The notes below the pieces were generated by a model. It was not told where the DNA came from. It saw only the letters and a program-made list of their open reading frames with translations, and did not search any database. Of a DNA stretch of 64,000 nt, positions 10,864 to 20,794 are shown in pieces. Position 1 is the stretch's first letter; each line of letters opens with the position of its first letter. A program made the position numbers and the translations under genes. Source of the stretch: an uncultured Acidobacteriota bacterium (GTDB lineage Bacteria > Acidobacteriota > UBA6911); contig CAWJKZ010000011.1 of NCBI GenBank assembly GCA_963843575.1, positions 1 to 64,000 of the forward strand, in the 5' to 3' direction.

Positions 10864-11191
10864 GCCCCGGTTCTCCGTCGTTCTCTTATCGCCGCCCCAT
10901 GCCCGGCAGACAAGAGAAAACGTCACGACCGTGCCATCCCCAATCCCGCTGATCGGCGCCGCGAGGCAGACGTCGTTCGTGCCTGTCAAAAAAGGGTCGA
11001 CGGCTATTCGCAGGAGAGTGCCCTAATTCTGTGCGACAATCTTTGGCGGAAGCCAGGCCAGGGCAGGGCTGGAGTGCCCATGTCCTCGCAGGATTTCTCA
11101 ATTGCCTCGGCGGCAGGAAGAATCGGGCAGAGCATTCGTCTGGGACGAGGCAAACCCAGCTAGCCTAGCCTAGCTACCAGGAGAGACGAGG

Positions 11192-12553
11192 TTGACCAGC
11201 CAGGGCGAGATGGCCATCGCAGACACGGCGGGGGCGGTGCGACGGCGCGGGCCTTTCTGGATGTACCTCTTCACGATTGCGGCTGGAACCCTCGGATTGA
11301 TCTATGTCTACTCGTTTGGTGTCAACGTCCCCTGGTTGGACCAGTGGGAAGTCGTAACCCTGTTGGATAAGCACTCCTCGGGCAGTCTGCAGTTGGCCGA
11401 CCTCCTCCGTCAGCACAACGAGCACCGGACGCTGTTTCCCAATACCGCTATGCTGATTCTCGCGCTCGTGACTGGGTACAACACCGTCGCGGAAATGTAC
11501 CTCATAGCCCTCGTGTTCTTGTTGACTGCGCTCGTCATGACCAGTTGTTATTGGGACGAAACGGTCCAACCCCAGGATCTCGCTTTTTTCTGCTTTATTC
11601 CCTTACTGATTTTCTCGTTCAAACAGTTTGGCAATACTCTGTGGGGGTTCCAGATCACGTTTGCGTTCGTCCAGCTGTTTGCAGTCCTGGCTTTCTACTT
11701 CCTCGGGCGGCTCGCATCTCGTTCCGATCGAAGGGGAGTCTTCCTGGCGGCGGTCTCCAGTGGCGGCGTCGCGTCCTTCTCCTCTATCCATGGCCTGATC
11801 GTCTGGCCCGTGGGACTGATCCAGATACTCCTGCTACCGCTCACAAAGTCGCGCAAGAAAGGGCATGCGATCCTGTGGACATGCCTGGGACTATTCAGCT
11901 GGATCTCCTATTTCCTTGACTATGCAAAGCCTGCAGGTCATCCATCGTTGCTTGTTTTTCTCCGGAATCCCTTGAGAGCCGTCACCTTTTTCTTCACACT
12001 ACTGGGGGAATCGCTGTGCTGGAATACCGGGACTGCTTTTGTTGCCGGCATCTTCCTCGCTGGTGCATTTCTGGTGAGCATCCTCCTTCTCTCTCGTGCC
12101 CATCTACTCCATCGATCGGCCTTCTGGACCGCAGTGACATTGTTCTCGCTCATGGTGCTCGCCTCCATCACCATAGGGCGAGTGGGATTCGGCCCGGACT
12201 TCGCCCAGGCCTCCCGGTACGTGACCTTTTCACTGTTGGCTGTCGTAGGCATTCACGCGCTCACTACCCGGGCACTGTCAGCCGTACATAACGTGCTTTC
12301 ACATTCGATCACCGTAGCTTTCAGAATTCTGCTCTGCGTCACGTTGCCTCTCGGATACTATCTGGGCTGGCAAGCAGGCGCAGAGGTCCGGCGGGATCGG
12401 ACCGCAATGGCGCACGTGCTGCTCCACTATCGCGACGCATCGGACGACCAACTGCAATCTCTTTACCCCTCGACCGCTGACGAAGTCAAACGACGAGCGC
12501 GCATCCTGGAGCGATTGGGCTTCAGCGTATTTGCAGGGAAAGCGCCTGAATGA
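11192..12553 (+). CDS. GT-C-type membrane protein (Gtr-like glycosyltransferase)
   Basis: NVPWLDQW...QHNEHR..FP first loop, WGFQ and SRY motifs; many TM segments. Confidence 0.65.
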   Translation: MTSQGEMAIADTAGAVRRRGPFWMYLFTIAAGTLGLIYVYSFGVNVPWLDQWEVVTLLDKHSSGSLQLADLLRQHNEHRTLFPNTAMLILALVTGYNTVAEMYLIALVFLLTALVMTSCYWDETVQPQDLAFFCFIPLLIFSFKQFGNTLWGFQITFAFVQLFAVLAFYFLGRLASRSDRRGVFLAAVSSGGVASFSSIHGLIVWPVGLIQILLLPLTKSRKKGHAILWTCLGLFSWISYFLDYAKPAGHPSLLVFLRNPLRAVTFFFTLLGESLCWNTGTAFVAGIFLAGAFLVSILLLSRAHLLHRSAFWTAVTLFSLMVLASITIGRVGFGPDFAQASRYVTFSLLAVVGIHALTTRALSAVHNVLSHSITVAFRILLCVTLPLGYYLGWQAGAEVRRDRTAMAHVLLHYRDASDDQLQSLYPSTADEVKRRARILERLGFSVFAGKAPE

Positions 12554-12605
12554 GTCGACGTAGTGCTTCTCGCCATCGCGGCCGCAACCTCGAAGACAGG
12601 CTAAG

Positions 12606-12970
12606 TACTCGTGTTCAGAAATACGCTAACGTTTCCAGGACGCAGATATGCGCGGATACACGCGGATTGCTACCTGGTGGCAGGCCGCGCCCGGCATTCC
12701 TCCCCGAGGGCGGCCTTTGGCACGCATCAAAGCCCGGCTCCCACAGGAAAGCGTGGACCTTGAATCGAAGCGGCATCCTTCCAACCGCGCGCTTTCCTGC
12801 GGGAGCCGGGCTTTGATGCATCGGCGCGAAGCGCCGGCCCTCGGGGAGGAATGCCGCGCGCGGCCGATCCGCGTGAATCCGTAAAATCCGGGAAGATCCG
12901 CGTTCTGCTGTTGTCAATCGGTGACCAGCTCCATCCAAAGAAGACGTTAGCGTATTTGTGAAATGGAGTA
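12606..12970. mobile_element. MITE-like non-autonomous element, largely palindromic
   Basis: Terminal IRs TACTCGTGTTCAGAAATACGCTAACGT and ACGTTAGCGTATTTGTGAAATGGAGTA. CTAAG is directly repeated at 12601-12605 and 12971-12975. Long internal inverted repeats; no credible ORF. Confidence 0.75.
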
Positions 12971-12995
12971 CTAAGCTGATAGTTGGAGGTTGCCT

Positions 12996-14447
12996 TCAAT
13001 CGACTCTTCGCCTGTAGATGTCATAGGGACCGAAGCTGGTGACGGGCTTGAAATGCCCGCGCCCGAGGATTTCGCGGTCGCCGGCAACGGCCTTGACCAT
13101 CGGGCCGATCACCAGGTAGTCGGCGTTGGTGTCGAGCGGCAACGAGACCGGGAACCGTTCCAGCCCAAACACGTAACGCCGCTCCAGAAGGAAGAAGATT
13201 TCTGCTTCCCCTGTTTCGATCACGGCGTCTGGAGGAGTCTGCGAGTTGACAAAGCTGGCCACGAGCCCGACGGAGTCGCCGCGATCTGATCGGTAGGACC
13301 GGAAGAGCCCGTAGAGGGTCAAGGGCACAGTCCAGGCGATCAAGGCTAGCGCAAACAGCACCGAGGCGCTTTTCCTGCTGAGGCTGAGCGGGACCGGCGC
13401 AAAGCCATCGGTAAGGCTGTGAAGCATGTGCGCGACGAACACGCTTGCCAGGAACGTCGACGGGAAGAGGTAACGCATGAACCCGACCGACAGGAACACG
13501 TACCACACCAGCCAGCTGCTGGACAGAACCAGCAGGGAGAGTCGGGCCATCCCCGTTTCACTTGCTCCCAAAGGCTCCTGGCGGCGGATAGCCAGCTCGT
13601 ATCCGGCATAGGCAAGCCCTGCCAGGGTGGGCAACGCGAAAAGTACCGTCCAGCTGAGTACCGACGATCGAACGGAGCCCAGCGGTATTACTGCCGTTGT
13701 GCCGTACCAGTCCCCCATGTGGGTCTGGGGAGGCCTGGGGTCGTGCAGCACGTACCTCTGCAGCAGCGTCAGAGCCAGCAGGACGGCTACGGACCCTATC
13801 AGACCGCGGGTAATCATACGTACCTCTGCCCATGCGTGCCTGCGGAGGGACAGGGCGAGGGGCAAAAGCAGGGCCGCAAACAGGAACGGAATTACCTGCG
13901 GTTTTGTGGCGAGCGCGAGACCCCACCAAGCGGGTGCGATGGGGCGCAACCACCTGCGCGCTCCCCCGCCGGCGAGAAGGCAGCTGTAACCCGCCAATAC
14001 ATAGAACAGAGCGGGCATTTCGCCCAAGGCCTGACGTCCGATCAGGATTGGGTGCAGTTCGGGGTGAATCGGCATGAAAAGCAGCACCGCGAGCGTCCAG
14101 GTCGCGATTGGCTTGCTGTAGAGACGGCCAGCCAGGACCCAGAGGAGGGCGACCGAGCCGGCGGTGAACAAGATGCCCGGTAGTCGGGCCTGCCAAAGAC
14201 CGATACCGAATGCACGGAAGCTCAGGGCAAGCGGCATGATCGCCGGACAACCGGCGGTGATCATCGAAGCGGAGAACGGGCGGCCATTCATCTTGGGGCC
14301 GTAGTGTCCGGACTCGACCCAGTTGCGTGCAGTTTCCAGGTACCATCCCTCGTCGAAAAACAAGGGTGGTACCGTGGCGGACCTGAACACTAGCAGTGCG
14401 CCCCCCAGCAGCACCAGCAACAGTGGTATGCCCTGTAAGATCTTCAT
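12996..14447 (-). CDS. ArnT/PMT (GT39/83)-like membrane glycosyltransferase
   Basis: FFDEGWYLETARN loop, FGIGLWQARL, LGE, TKP and RYLFP motifs; short soluble C-terminal domain. Confidence 0.8.
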   Translation of the reverse strand: MKILQGIPLLLVLLGGALLVFRSATVPPLFFDEGWYLETARNWVESGHYGPKMNGRPFSASMITAGCPAIMPLALSFRAFGIGLWQARLPGILFTAGSVALLWVLAGRLYSKPIATWTLAVLLFMPIHPELHPILIGRQALGEMPALFYVLAGYSCLLAGGGARRWLRPIAPAWWGLALATKPQVIPFLFAALLLPLALSLRRHAWAEVRMITRGLIGSVAVLLALTLLQRYVLHDPRPPQTHMGDWYGTTAVIPLGSVRSSVLSWTVLFALPTLAGLAYAGYELAIRRQEPLGASETGMARLSLLVLSSSWLVWYVFLSVGFMRYLFPSTFLASVFVAHMLHSLTDGFAPVPLSLSRKSASVLFALALIAWTVPLTLYGLFRSYRSDRGDSVGLVASFVNSQTPPDAVIETGEAEIFFLLERRYVFGLERFPVSLPLDTNADYLVIGPMVKAVAGDREILGRGHFKPVTSFGPYDIYRRRVD

Positions 14448-14649
14448 GTTGGTTTCTGAATGCGTGGTTACTGCAGAACAGTTCCCTCCGGTCTCGAGGT
14501 CGGTGGGCAGCGCCGCCGACCAGTCCCTAAACGCCTGATCGAGCCTCGCGTGGGGGCGTGCGCACGAGCCCGACTGCAACCACCCTCCTGAAAGCCCCTA
14601 CCGGTCCCCTGGGATGAACGCGACGAGGAACCCGGAGCAGCCCGAGGTT

Positions 14650-15579
14650 TCAGAAATAGAAATAGACCTGCGGCGCGATTCGACCATTCTCGCAGGTGCA
14701 GGTGCCGCACTGCTGTTGGTAATCCGGGCGCAGCGACTTCACGAGTGCCGGAATGACCACCGGATCATCCTCCAGGTGATACACACAAATTGCGAGGCGA
14801 GGTCGATACCTGCGGATCGTGTCATGCGCGCCTTCCAGCGCTTTTCTCTCCGCGCCCTCGATGTCCATTTTGATGAAGTCAACTCTCGGCAGATGCAATT
14901 CCGACACTATCTTGTCGACGGTAGTCAAAGGCAGTTTGACATTTACGGTGTCGTCATCCGATTTTTTGACGAAACTGGCTGTAGTTTGGTGGTCCGGAGC
15001 GACATGCATTTCGAGAAAATCGTGCTGGTTCCAGACGCCTTCCGGGCAGACTATCACCGTGCCAGCCGATATTTCAGCCTTGAGATTTCGCCGCAGACAC
15101 TCGAGGTTGGCGGGAACCGGTTCGATCGCGATCACCATGCGGGCCCCTTGTCTCAGCGCCTCACGGGCGTACAGCCCGATGTTCGCCCCGGCATCCAAGA
15201 CGATATCACCGGGTCGGGCCCCGAGCTCCCTGTGGTTGTAGATGCCCCGCTCCTGCTCGGCAACATCGTACAGAAACCATGCCGGCGAACCGCCTGTAGG
15301 TATCCAGATCTGCTGCTCGCCGACCCTGTAGAGGTCAAATCCTCCTGGATCTCGCACGACCAGCTGGGCGGTCGTGGAAAGCTCCCGAGTACGCTCATGC
15401 TGTCGCTCCGAAAGCGCGAGACTGTCGAGGGCATTGGGGAAGGGACAGTAGCATTGCTGACCCTTCATGACCATGATGAACCTTATCATGCAGGCTACGG
15501 CCTGTGCGCGAAACAGGATGATGCTGGCGCATATGGCCAGCGTCACAATCAGACCGGGCTTGAGTCTGGGAATCCTCAT
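14650..15579 (-). CDS. FkbM-family methyltransferase with N-terminal membrane anchor
   Basis: IVLDAGANIG, AIEP, IKMDIEGAE, ICVYH; C-terminus QCGTC...RIAPQVYFYF. RBS GGAGG. Confidence 0.9.
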   Translation of the reverse strand: MRIPRLKPGLIVTLAICASIILFRAQAVACMIRFIMVMKGQQCYCPFPNALDSLALSERQHERTRELSTTAQLVVRDPGGFDLYRVGEQQIWIPTGGSPAWFLYDVAEQERGIYNHRELGARPGDIVLDAGANIGLYAREALRQGARMVIAIEPVPANLECLRRNLKAEISAGTVIVCPEGVWNQHDFLEMHVAPDHQTTASFVKKSDDDTVNVKLPLTTVDKIVSELHLPRVDFIKMDIEGAERKALEGAHDTIRRYRPRLAICVYHLEDDPVVIPALVKSLRPDYQQQCGTCTCENGRIAPQVYFYF

Positions 15580-15978
15580 GAGACCTCCGCATGGCACTCC
15601 GCGGCGCGACAATCCTGCTACCGGAGCTTTTGTGTCGGCTCCAGGGGATTTAATGACAGTCGTCGCGATGGACTGTCAGCACCCCGTCGGGCGAAAGTCG
15701 AGGCGGCGGACAACGCGGGGCACCGGGACCCGGCGGCTCAAACTTTCCGGGGCCTCTCAATGCTGCGGCGCTCAGCTCCTCGAGGAGGTTATAGCAGGAC
15801 TTGACGCGACAAACGATCTCAAAGATGGAGTTCTGGATTCTGGTGACTCCCACCCGGCCCGTTTGGCCAGTTGTTCCGCGCCCAGACGCCTCGGCATGCG
15901 AGGATTGCAGGATCCTGTCGACAGGGTAGGACGCGATCGGCCAGCAGCGTCGATTCGGCATCGCAGTGCGGGAGCCTG

Positions 15979-16968
15979 TCAGCGGAAATACAGCACGTGC
16001 GGTATTACCGCTCGCGGGTTGTTCGGATCAAGCTCGCACGGTCCGCAAACAGACCGGTAGCCCGAGTTTGCCGAATGGATAATATTCGGGAGCACGATTC
16101 GATCATCGGCCCGATGGTACATCGCTAACATGATTCTCGGCTGGAACCTGCGAAGTGTGCTTAGGCCGCCTGCCAAGGCTTGCCGTTCCGCACCCTCAAC
16201 ATCAAACTTGATGTAGTCCACCCGCGGAAGCTGAAGCTCCTGAACTATTTGATCGATTGTGGTAACCGGGACCCGCACCGAGTAGCCCGGGACCGGTTCG
16301 ACAAAGCTGTCCTCTGCTGAGGTTCTATTCGAGACCCTGAGGTCCAGTGAACCGATGGAACTCCAGACGCCCTTCTCCACGACAACCACCTGTCCGGCTG
16401 CGATTTCGGACGCTAGGTTACGCTTGAGGCAACACAAGGTGTCCGGCGCGGGCTCAATCGCGATGACTTTGGCGGCCCCCCGTCTCAAAGCCTGGCATGT
16501 AAACGTGCCAATGTGTGCGCCGCAGTCCAATACGATGTCGCCCTGTTGCACCCCTTGCTCGGGGTTTGTGTCGGACATCCATTGGTGCTCTGCCAGCAAA
16601 GCGCTCAGCCCGAGTCTGGTCGAGTCCGAATCCCCTTCACTGATAACCCAGAATGACCTGCTGTCGGTTTCGTACTGCTCCAGGTGGTGGGCTTTGTCCT
16701 GCCCGGTTTTTCGCACCCGGGAATATGTTCGCCGCACCAGTTCGGACAGCCGGTATATGTCGATACCCGACAGGAATGAGCGTCGCCATGAGCAATCCGG
16801 GCCATTTCCCGTTATTTTGAGGTAAACGAAGGGAATACTGATCCAATAGCGCGTCCCGCCCCATCCCAGTATCAGCCCCAAGGCAATGGCCAGTGGAACT
16901 CCGATGAGAGGGGGGATTCTTGCTTGAGAGTGGGATGGTAATTGTTCACCGCGCCCATGTTGTGTCAC
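15979..16968 (-). CDS. FkbM-family methyltransferase with N-terminal membrane anchor
   Basis: IVLDCGAHIG, AIEP, IKFDVEGAE; C-terminus VCGPC...VIPHVLYFR. Confidence 0.9.
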   Translation of the reverse strand: MTQHGRGEQLPSHSQARIPPLIGVPLAIALGLILGWGGTRYWISIPFVYLKITGNGPDCSWRRSFLSGIDIYRLSELVRRTYSRVRKTGQDKAHHLEQYETDSRSFWVISEGDSDSTRLGLSALLAEHQWMSDTNPEQGVQQGDIVLDCGAHIGTFTCQALRRGAAKVIAIEPAPDTLCCLKRNLASEIAAGQVVVVEKGVWSSIGSLDLRVSNRTSAEDSFVEPVPGYSVRVPVTTIDQIVQELQLPRVDYIKFDVEGAERQALAGGLSTLRRFQPRIMLAMYHRADDRIVLPNIIHSANSGYRSVCGPCELDPNNPRAVIPHVLYFR

Positions 16969-17460
16969 CTGAATTCTGGTTGCTGATCTGATTTGGGACT
17001 TCTGCCAGTGCAGGAGCCATTATTGAACCCGAGCCTGCAGGGCAGCTGCATTGCCTGCAGCTGTGACAGGTGCGACAAGCGCCACAGCCCGGGCAGCAGG
17101 GAGGGTAGGTTCTTGCCATGCCCGATAAAGTAAGGATCCCCGTAGCCGGGATCAATAGAAATCAGCTAATTCTCGGAGGGTATCCTTCCAAAACATATTC
17201 GGATTAACCACTCAAAACCCGGAACAGCCAACTTCCGCTGGTCCCGCCGCCGGTCGAGACGCGGAAGTTCCTGACCTCGATTACCTGCCTGCACTCGCCG
17301 TACCACTTTGATCTCTGGGTGCGAAGTCGACGGCCCTCGCGCCTGCTGAGGTAGCAGCGATTCCAGGGTGGATGTTGTGTGGCGGTCTGTTAAACTACGA
17401 GCATTCCAGGATATCGAGATCGTGGAGGGAAGCCACATGGCGGTCGTGGACAAGGTGACG

Positions 17461-18403
17461 ATGAGAACGCCGTTGAAAATCAGGGTTTTGCAGTTGATCC
17501 TCTGCGCCGGCGCCCTGGTTTTAGCGGTCGAATGCTGCCTGATCTACTATCCGCCCTTGCTCTTGCTGGGGTACGCTTTGGCTGGAAAGAGCCCGGACTG
17601 CACGACAATGCAGGCGTTTCATGGGGCGCAGGTATCTTTGAGAAATTATAGAGCCGGGAAGCAATATGCCCAGAGCCCTGAATTCAGGCTACTGGAAACC
17701 GAGGGGAAATACTCACGGTGGAAGACTCCTGAGGGGGAATACTGGGTTCCGAAAGGCAATGAGGGCATATTGCGGGTCCTTCTCGCCCAGCAGACGGCGG
17801 ATATCTATTCGACCGAGAACGGCGGGATCCAGGATGGCGGCATTGTTCTGGACTGTGGAGCACACATTGGGATCTTTACCCGGAAAGCTCTACGCGCCGG
17901 AGCCGGAAGAGTCATCGCCATCGAGCCGGGTCCGGAAAACCTGGAATGTCTGAAGCGCAACCTGAGGGAGGAGATCGCCAAGGGATCGGTCACCGTCTAC
18001 CCGAAGGGCATCTGGGACAGTGAATCTAACCTGACCTTCCAGCTATTTCCCGGCAATCGTGCTGCTGATTCCTTTGTCACGAACAGCGCCAAAGCACCAG
18101 TACAGGTCGTGGAGGTCCAGGTTACTACTATCGACCTAATCGCTTCTGAATTGGGACTCCGCCAGGTCGATCTTATCAAGATGGATATCAAAGGATCCAC
18201 GACGAAGGCACTGGTTGGCGCACGGAATACTCTTAAGAACCAAATGCCCAGGTTGGTTATTTCCACCGAGGAAGATAGTGATCGACCCCGGCCCGATAAT
18301 CGCACTCGTGAGCCGCCTGCAGCCCGCCTACAAGAGGGAATGTGGCTACTGCGCGGTTGAGAATGGGAAGGTCGTGCCGATGGTCATGTTGTTTCACCGT
18401 TAG
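17461..18403 (+). CDS. FkbM-family methyltransferase with membrane anchor; frameshift near 18285
   Basis: IVLDCGAHIG, AIEP, IKMDIKG. The paralog-like C-terminus ECGYC...KVVPMVMLFHR lies in another frame (ORF 18215-18403). Confidence 0.85.
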
Positions 18404-18540
18404 GGGCGGATGGGGACCGCACCTGGCTTCGCAGGCACTGTGCCGCGTGATAGTGTCGGCGGCAGAAGAACGCGTTTGATGGAAGTTAGGACGTGACATT
18501 CAGAGTCGCTTCGCATTTTCGTCGGTCTGGGTCTGGCCGG

Positions 18541-20139
18541 ATGGGAACCACGCCTAAGGTATGGCAGTCCCTGCGGGTTCATCTGCGAAGGAATTGGTAT
18601 GTCGCGGTGGCTCTGATGGCCATGGCGATGGTCATTTCTCTGTCCCGCATTCGCATGATCGATGAGCCGCTGGAACGGGACATCACTACCTATTCGCTGA
18701 TCGGCAGGGCGCTGACGGAAGGGCAGGTGCTGTACACGGACGTTTGGGACCACAAGCCGCCGGGAATCTATTGGATCTACGCGGCTGCGATCAAACTCCT
18801 GGGCATGGGGCCTCTCGCCGTGTATTGGCTCGGCGTCGCTGGTGCCCTGGCGGGTCTGCCCGGAATCTACTTTGCGGGCCGAGCGGTGGGAGGCAGGCCG
18901 GCGGGTCTGGTTGCGGCAGGGTTCTGGACGGTCATCAGCGGCGACTTCTGGCTGGAGGCGAATCAACCCAATGCCGAAGTGTTCATCAATGTGCTGTTGA
19001 TCTGGGCGGCGGTGCTTTATTTTTCGCGCTCCAGGTACTGCTTGCGCCCGGGACGAGCCCTGGCGCTCGGACTTCTTTTCGCCACAGCATCCCTGCTTAA
19101 GCAGACGGTCCTCACCATTCCGGCGTTCCTGTGTTTGGCGCACCTGTTGTTTGTACCCAAGAGTGGTGGCAGGTCGCGCAAGTTGCGCTTGAGGAAGTTC
19201 GCGCTGCGGGACGTGGCGCTAATGTGGGCAGCTGTCGTTGCAGCATGGGCGTCCTTGTTTGTTTTTTTTGCGGTAAATCACACCTTCGCCAATTTTTATG
19301 CCGCCGTCGTGGAATACAACCGGGATTATTCCGGCAATATTGTTCGGAATCTCCTCGCATCGTTTCACCCGTCGGCGCTGGCTCCCGGATGCCTGAAGGC
19401 AATGACTCCTCTGGTAGTCATTGCCCTGCTGGGCGTGTATTTCGGACCTCGAGGTGAGAACAGGAGGAATTGGGAGGCGTTGCGGTTCATAGCCTACGGC
19501 ACGCTGCTATCCATCGGGCTTCCGGGAAAATGGTGGCCCCACTATTATCAATACTGGCTTCCACTGCTCGCGATCTGCGGTGGCTGGGTCTGGAACGAAG
19601 CAGCAATGGGCGGTTTTCTGTCGCGGCACGCCGCAAGGCGCAGCTTGGTCGGGGCGATCTTGCTGTGGATGGTCGTATCGCAGGCCTATCAGCACTTTCA
19701 CTACGAGGCGGAAGACCTTCCGGTTGCCAAGTACGGCGCGGAGGGCATTTTGTTCCGGGACAGCCGCACTATGGGGTGTGCGATCAATGCGACCTTGCTC
19801 CCGAATGAGGTCTTCTATCACTTCGGGGCGCAACCGGGGCTGTATTTCTATTCCAATCGAAAGCCCCCTACCCGGTTTATCCTGAACTACCCATTGCTGA
19901 GAGGCCCCAACGCCTACCCGTACAGCCTGTGGGTACTCGACGACCTCAAGCGGGTGCGGCCGGAGGCTGTAATCGCGACCAGAAGTGACCTGGTTCTACG
20001 CGAACATCCGGTTGTACAGTGGATACATCGGAATTACAGATCGGTGCCCTTGAAATGGGGCACGGATTCGTTTGCAGTCTTGGTGCGGAGGGGCGGCCGT
20101 TTGGACCACCTCTATGGTGACCTGTCGAGGGCACCATAA
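18541..20139 (+). CDS. ArnT/PMT-like membrane glycosyltransferase
   Basis: PLERDITTY, LYTDVWDHKPPGIY, NAEVF, LKQ and WPHYY motifs; start uncertain. Confidence 0.85.
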   Translation: MGTTPKVWQSLRVHLRRNWYVAVALMAMAMVISLSRIRMIDEPLERDITTYSLIGRALTEGQVLYTDVWDHKPPGIYWIYAAAIKLLGMGPLAVYWLGVAGALAGLPGIYFAGRAVGGRPAGLVAAGFWTVISGDFWLEANQPNAEVFINVLLIWAAVLYFSRSRYCLRPGRALALGLLFATASLLKQTVLTIPAFLCLAHLLFVPKSGGRSRKLRLRKFALRDVALMWAAVVAAWASLFVFFAVNHTFANFYAAVVEYNRDYSGNIVRNLLASFHPSALAPGCLKAMTPLVVIALLGVYFGPRGENRRNWEALRFIAYGTLLSIGLPGKWWPHYYQYWLPLLAICGGWVWNEAAMGGFLSRHAARRSLVGAILLWMVVSQAYQHFHYEAEDLPVAKYGAEGILFRDSRTMGCAINATLLPNEVFYHFGAQPGLYFYSNRKPPTRFILNYPLLRGPNAYPYSLWVLDDLKRVRPEAVIATRSDLVLREHPVVQWIHRNYRSVPLKWGTDSFAVLVRRGGRLDHLYGDLSRAP

Positions 20140-20253
20140 CCTAGACCCGAGCGCTCGGGCACGGACAGCCAAGTACTTTGGCTGCCACTCCAAGGGCGCC
20201 AGAAATGGCGTCCGGTCCCCGGATTCACGAACGCAGACTCGCCCCGGTCCCGG

Positions 20254-20376
20254 TTATCGATGTCGGTTACTGGCCAATAGCCCCCGGAACTCGGCAACCA
20301 GGAACAGAATCAATCCGATCGTAACGATCACGAGAGCGCCGCTTGCCAGGAGGAAGGTCAAATCGGAGGACTCCAT
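20254..20376 (-). CDS. Small single-TM protein (40 aa)
   Basis: MESSDLTFLLASGALVIVTIGLILFLVAEFRGLLASNRHR, with GGAGG RBS 5 nt before the ATG; translated by hand. Confidence 0.5.
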   Translation of the reverse strand: MESSDLTFLLASGALVIVTIGLILFLVAEFRGLLASNRHR

Positions 20377-20794
20377 CGGGCGCCTCCACTAATTAATTGA
20401 GGCAACTGCAATCTACATCCGCATAATACGACTGTCGAACAACGGGAGTGTCAATTCGCCGCAAACAATTGAAAAAAGTATGCGCTTGTTGTCTCGAACC
20501 GCCCGTGTTTGGGATCCCTGCAAAGTTCCCGTTGGGCCAACGCGGCCCCATTTCGCCCGGATGTCGATGTGGGGCGCCGTCGCTCCTGCAATGCAAAATT
20601 GCGGGAGCCAATTATGGTGATATAGCCGGTTCAACAACCCTCCAACCATTCTTGCGATCAACTCCGCGCCCGCCATGTGCTTTGACGAACGCAGACAATG
20701 CGTATTCGCGGGTACAAGTTGGATCGCCCGCAAGGGCAGTTCGCTCGGTGGCTGGTTGTAGCAGCCCGGCTCAATCGATCGTTCGATCGTTCCG

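Noticed and set aside
11159-11175. Short tandem repeats (CTAGC units here; GGAAGCC-like units near 55599-55628)
   Set aside because: Only 3-4 units each, with no evidence of function.
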